Below, piece after piece: positions 61,645 to 64,000 of a DNA stretch of 64,000 nucleotides. The notes beneath the pieces are model-generated. The model searched no databases and was not told the origin of the DNA. It saw only the letters and a program-made list of their open reading frames with translations. This DNA is from an uncultured virus (IMG/VR IMGVR_UViG_3300029448_000008) (lineage: Duplodnaviria > Heunggongvirae > Uroviricota > Caudoviricetes), in the IMG/VR virus record IMGVR_UViG_3300029448_000008; one strand, 5' to 3'. The stretch's first letter is position 1. The number at the start of each line of letters is the position of its first letter. Made by a program: the position numbers and the translations under genes.

Positions 61645-64000
61645 TTAACTAAATGAATAACCTAAGTTTTCCATTGCTGTTTTTATTAAATTTTTATAAT
61701 ATCCTGTAGTTACACTATTATCATTATTAGGTATTACATCGTCTGTATATCCTACAAATGTTTGTTTATCACTTAACCCATTTGTACCAGAGTAAGAACC
61801 AGAACCTGCTCTAACTGCTACAATAAAATTATCAAATGAACCATATTCACCTGTGTTACCTGTAGCTACTCTAAATATATTTGATCTGTAAAAAGTAGTA
61901 TTAGAGCTAAAACCATTTAAAGTGGTTCTCAAAGCGGCAATGTCGGTATCGTACTGTGATGTTTTTTCATTAGTTGCAAAGGTTCCATCATGATAAACAA
62001 CAGAAGCTTCATCTTGAAATACAAACATTACAACTTTAGAAGCATTAGGAAATGCGCCACTGCTTCCTGTAGTAAATCCATTACCTCCATTATTTAACAT
62101 ATGAAAAGTTCTTTCAGTACCTGCAGAACCACCATGACTTGAAAAGTCTGCTATTGTAACTTTAGCTGCGTATTGAGTTGCCCCGTTAGTAGCTGCATCA
62201 GAATTTCCTTGTCCTTCTGTTTGACCTGTAGCATAAAAATCTTGCAGTAATCTTCTAAGCCCATGCGTATTACTGTAAGCCGCATTTTTCATAGCATTTA
62301 AATCATCTTCAGTACTACTCATAGATCCAGAATCATCAAAATATATTTTTATATATGTATTTACATCTACGTTTATTACAGATAAGTTAACTGTAGCATC
62401 ACTACTACAAGGTCCTTTTGTAACTGTATACTGGAATGAACCAGTTAAAGCAGCACTACTAGTATGACTAAACTTAATAGTATTACCACTTAATGTAGAA
62501 CCTACACTAAGAACAGCATCACTGTTATTAGGATCTTTAAGAGTACCTATTACATTATTACTACTATCTTTAGGTAAGGTTTTAATTGTAACTACAGCAT
62601 TAATTCCTGAAACCGTAGATCCCATACTATCATTAGTAATTATATTAAATGTACTGTCTCCTCCATTTGTTATACCTTCTACGCTATCATTAACTAATAC
62701 AGGACAATCTAAAACTGTTAAAGTTTGAGCTCCTGATAAATCTGTACCAGCAGCTGAAACAGTTATAGCATTGCCTTGATTGTTAGTACCAGGTTTAGTT
62801 ATAGCAGTTATAGTAGCTATAATAGTTTCTGTAGGAGATAATTCTATTACAGTATCTGTAGGTATAGCTTGTGATGGTTCTACATAAGCAGAGAGAGCCC
62901 CAGCAGGCACTACAATAGTAGTAGGTGGTACACCGGTTCCTTCATTATAAGTTCCCGTGTACGCTACAGTAATTGTAAAATCTACTATTTGTGCAGATGT
63001 TAATGTAGCTGTAAGTCTAGGTTTTTCTCCTTCCCATACATTACCATTCCAGTTTAAAGAAACTCCCGGTTTTTGCGGACATACAGTAAGATCAATATAA
63101 GGAGCTACATAAAAAGAAGCATATGTGCCACTGTTTTGATTAACAACAGTTTCTATAATTTCTCCATATTGATCTAATATTTCTAAATTAGCATAACCCA
63201 CTTGACCGTTAGGATTACCATCACTTCCTATAATACAATAAGGATCAATAGGTCTAGCATCAGTAGGAACTTGTACATTACTAAACAAAGAAACTTTTAG
63301 TTTTAAATCTTTTTTAGATAGTAAAATTCTATTATTTTCTTCATCAAAAGCAGTGGTAAATCCAGATCCACCTATATTAAACGCTGTATCATTATTTTCT
63401 ACAGCCGTATTTAAGAATGTTAGATTATCTCTAAACCATTTACGCATTCCTTTATTAGATATTTCATTAAGATCTTTACCGACTAAAAATACTTTACCTT
63501 GTTCTACATCTACAAAACTATATCCTACTTTACTAATCAATGTTGAGGATAAGTGTTGTGTACCGGCATACCCGTTTTCTGTAGTTATAAGTTCAGTAGG
63601 AGCAAAATTAAATATATCTCCTGTTCCTAAAGTAGCTGTTGCACTGTCTGTAGCAATAACATCTTTAGTAGTAGTTTTAAAGATTGCATGCTCATGATGT
63701 ATAAGAAGTTCTTTTCCTATACCTTCTACATTTACTAGTTGCCCTCTATTTTTAGGCATTTCATAGTAGTCGTTTGTTTTAAACTCTTTAAGACTCATAG
63801 TTTTATCCTCTGCTCCATATGCTTGACTACGTATAACTCTATAAGGAAAAGAGCCTAAGAACTGATCTCTGTTGTCATATGCTATTACAGTGTTATAATT
63901 ATTAACAGCATTATAATCAGAGTTATAATTTAAAGAATTAGTATTAGTTATATCTACAGCTCTTGCTCTCCAGTTATGTAAAGCTTGTTTCTTCTTATCA
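61645..64000 (-). CDS. Tail stabilisation/muzzle protein, N-terminal part with Ig-like and vWA-like domains (5' partial)
   Basis: The frame stays open from 63798 to the window edge (YNSDY...FPYRVIRS). YYEMPKNRG, GTGDIF, GYAGTQ, EISNKGMRKWF and RILLSKKD motifs are followed by T-rich Ig-like repeats and IYFDDSGSM (MIDAS DxSxS). Confidence 0.72.
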   Translation of the reverse strand, partial: DKKKQALHNWRARAVDITNTNSLNYNSDYNAVNNYNTVIAYDNRDQFLGSFPYRVIRSQAYGAEDKTMSLKEFKTNDYYEMPKNRGQLVNVEGIGKELLIHHEHAIFKTTTKDVIATDSATATLGTGDIFNFAPTELITTENGYAGTQHLSSTLISKVGYSFVDVEQGKVFLVGKDLNEISNKGMRKWFRDNLTFLNTAVENNDTAFNIGGSGFTTAFDEENNRILLSKKDLKLKVSLFSNVQVPTDARPIDPYCIIGSDGNPNGQVGYANLEILDQYGEIIETVVNQNSGTYASFYVAPYIDLTVCPQKPGVSLNWNGNVWEGEKPRLTATLTSAQIVDFTITVAYTGTYNEGTGVPPTTIVVPAGALSAYVEPSQAIPTDTVIELSPTETIIATITAITKPGTNNQGNAITVSAAGTDLSGAQTLTVLDCPVLVNDSVEGITNGGDSTFNIITNDSMGSTVSGINAVVTIKTLPKDSSNNVIGTLKDPNNSDAVLSVGSTLSGNTIKFSHTSSAALTGSFQYTVTKGPCSSDATVNLSVINVDVNTYIKIYFDDSGSMSSTEDDLNAMKNAAYSNTHGLRRLLQDFYATGQTEGQGNSDAATNGATQYAAKVTIADFSSHGGSAGTERTFHMLNNGGNGFTTGSSGAFPNASKVVMFVFQDEASVVYHDGTFATNEKTSQYDTDIAALRTTLNGFSSNTTFYRSNIFRVATGNTGEYGSFDNFIVAVRAGSGSYSGTNGLSDKQTFVGYTDDVIPNNDNSVTTGYYKNLIKTAMENLGYSFS

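Noticed and set aside
61637..61650. Programmed frameshift or read-through joining the two muzzle ORFs
   Set aside because: Two tandem TAA stops, no obvious slippery heptamer, and a clean ATG GCA start for the second ORF.
1..64000. Stop-codon reassignment as in some gut crAss-like phages
   Set aside because: Terminase, portal, PolA and the 4861-aa ORF are intact in the standard code, and coding density is high.

Overview
This window is about 64 kb of an AT-rich crAss-like (Crassvirales-type) phage genome read in the standard genetic code. The host is most likely a Bacteroidota/Flavobacteriales species, possibly aquatic. This is inferred from AT-rich leaders without Shine-Dalgarno sites, a TAnnTTTG-type promoter motif and a DUF4846 gene. 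There are three blocks. (1) 1-16.1 kb, minus strand: tail fibre, head/neck and packaging genes (ring protein, major capsid, scaffold, portal, terminase large subunit), an HU/IHF-like gene, a thermonuclease and a Tad1-like small protein. (2) 16.5-36.2 kb, plus strand: early genes separated by structured intergenic elements, then replication and recombination genes (PolA, SF2 helicase, DnaB, AAA ATPase, primase, RusA, NinB, rIIA/rIIB, PD-(D/E)xK exonuclease, UDG). (3) 36.2-64 kb, minus strand: a 4861-aa virion RNA polymerase polyprotein, cargo proteins, holins, an envelope-protein cluster and a split tail muzzle gene. The strongest leads are a tandem hairpin mini-array with a shared closing stem in the early region, a divergent Tad1-like anti-defence candidate, and cargo proteins built of modules delimited by phi-x-x-GG motifs. 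Also notable are a four-gene envelope cluster (outer-membrane beta-barrel, lipoprotein, membrane-anchored coiled coil, thioredoxin fold) and a muzzle gene split around Ig-like and vWA domains. All functional calls come from reading motifs by eye; no searches were run.
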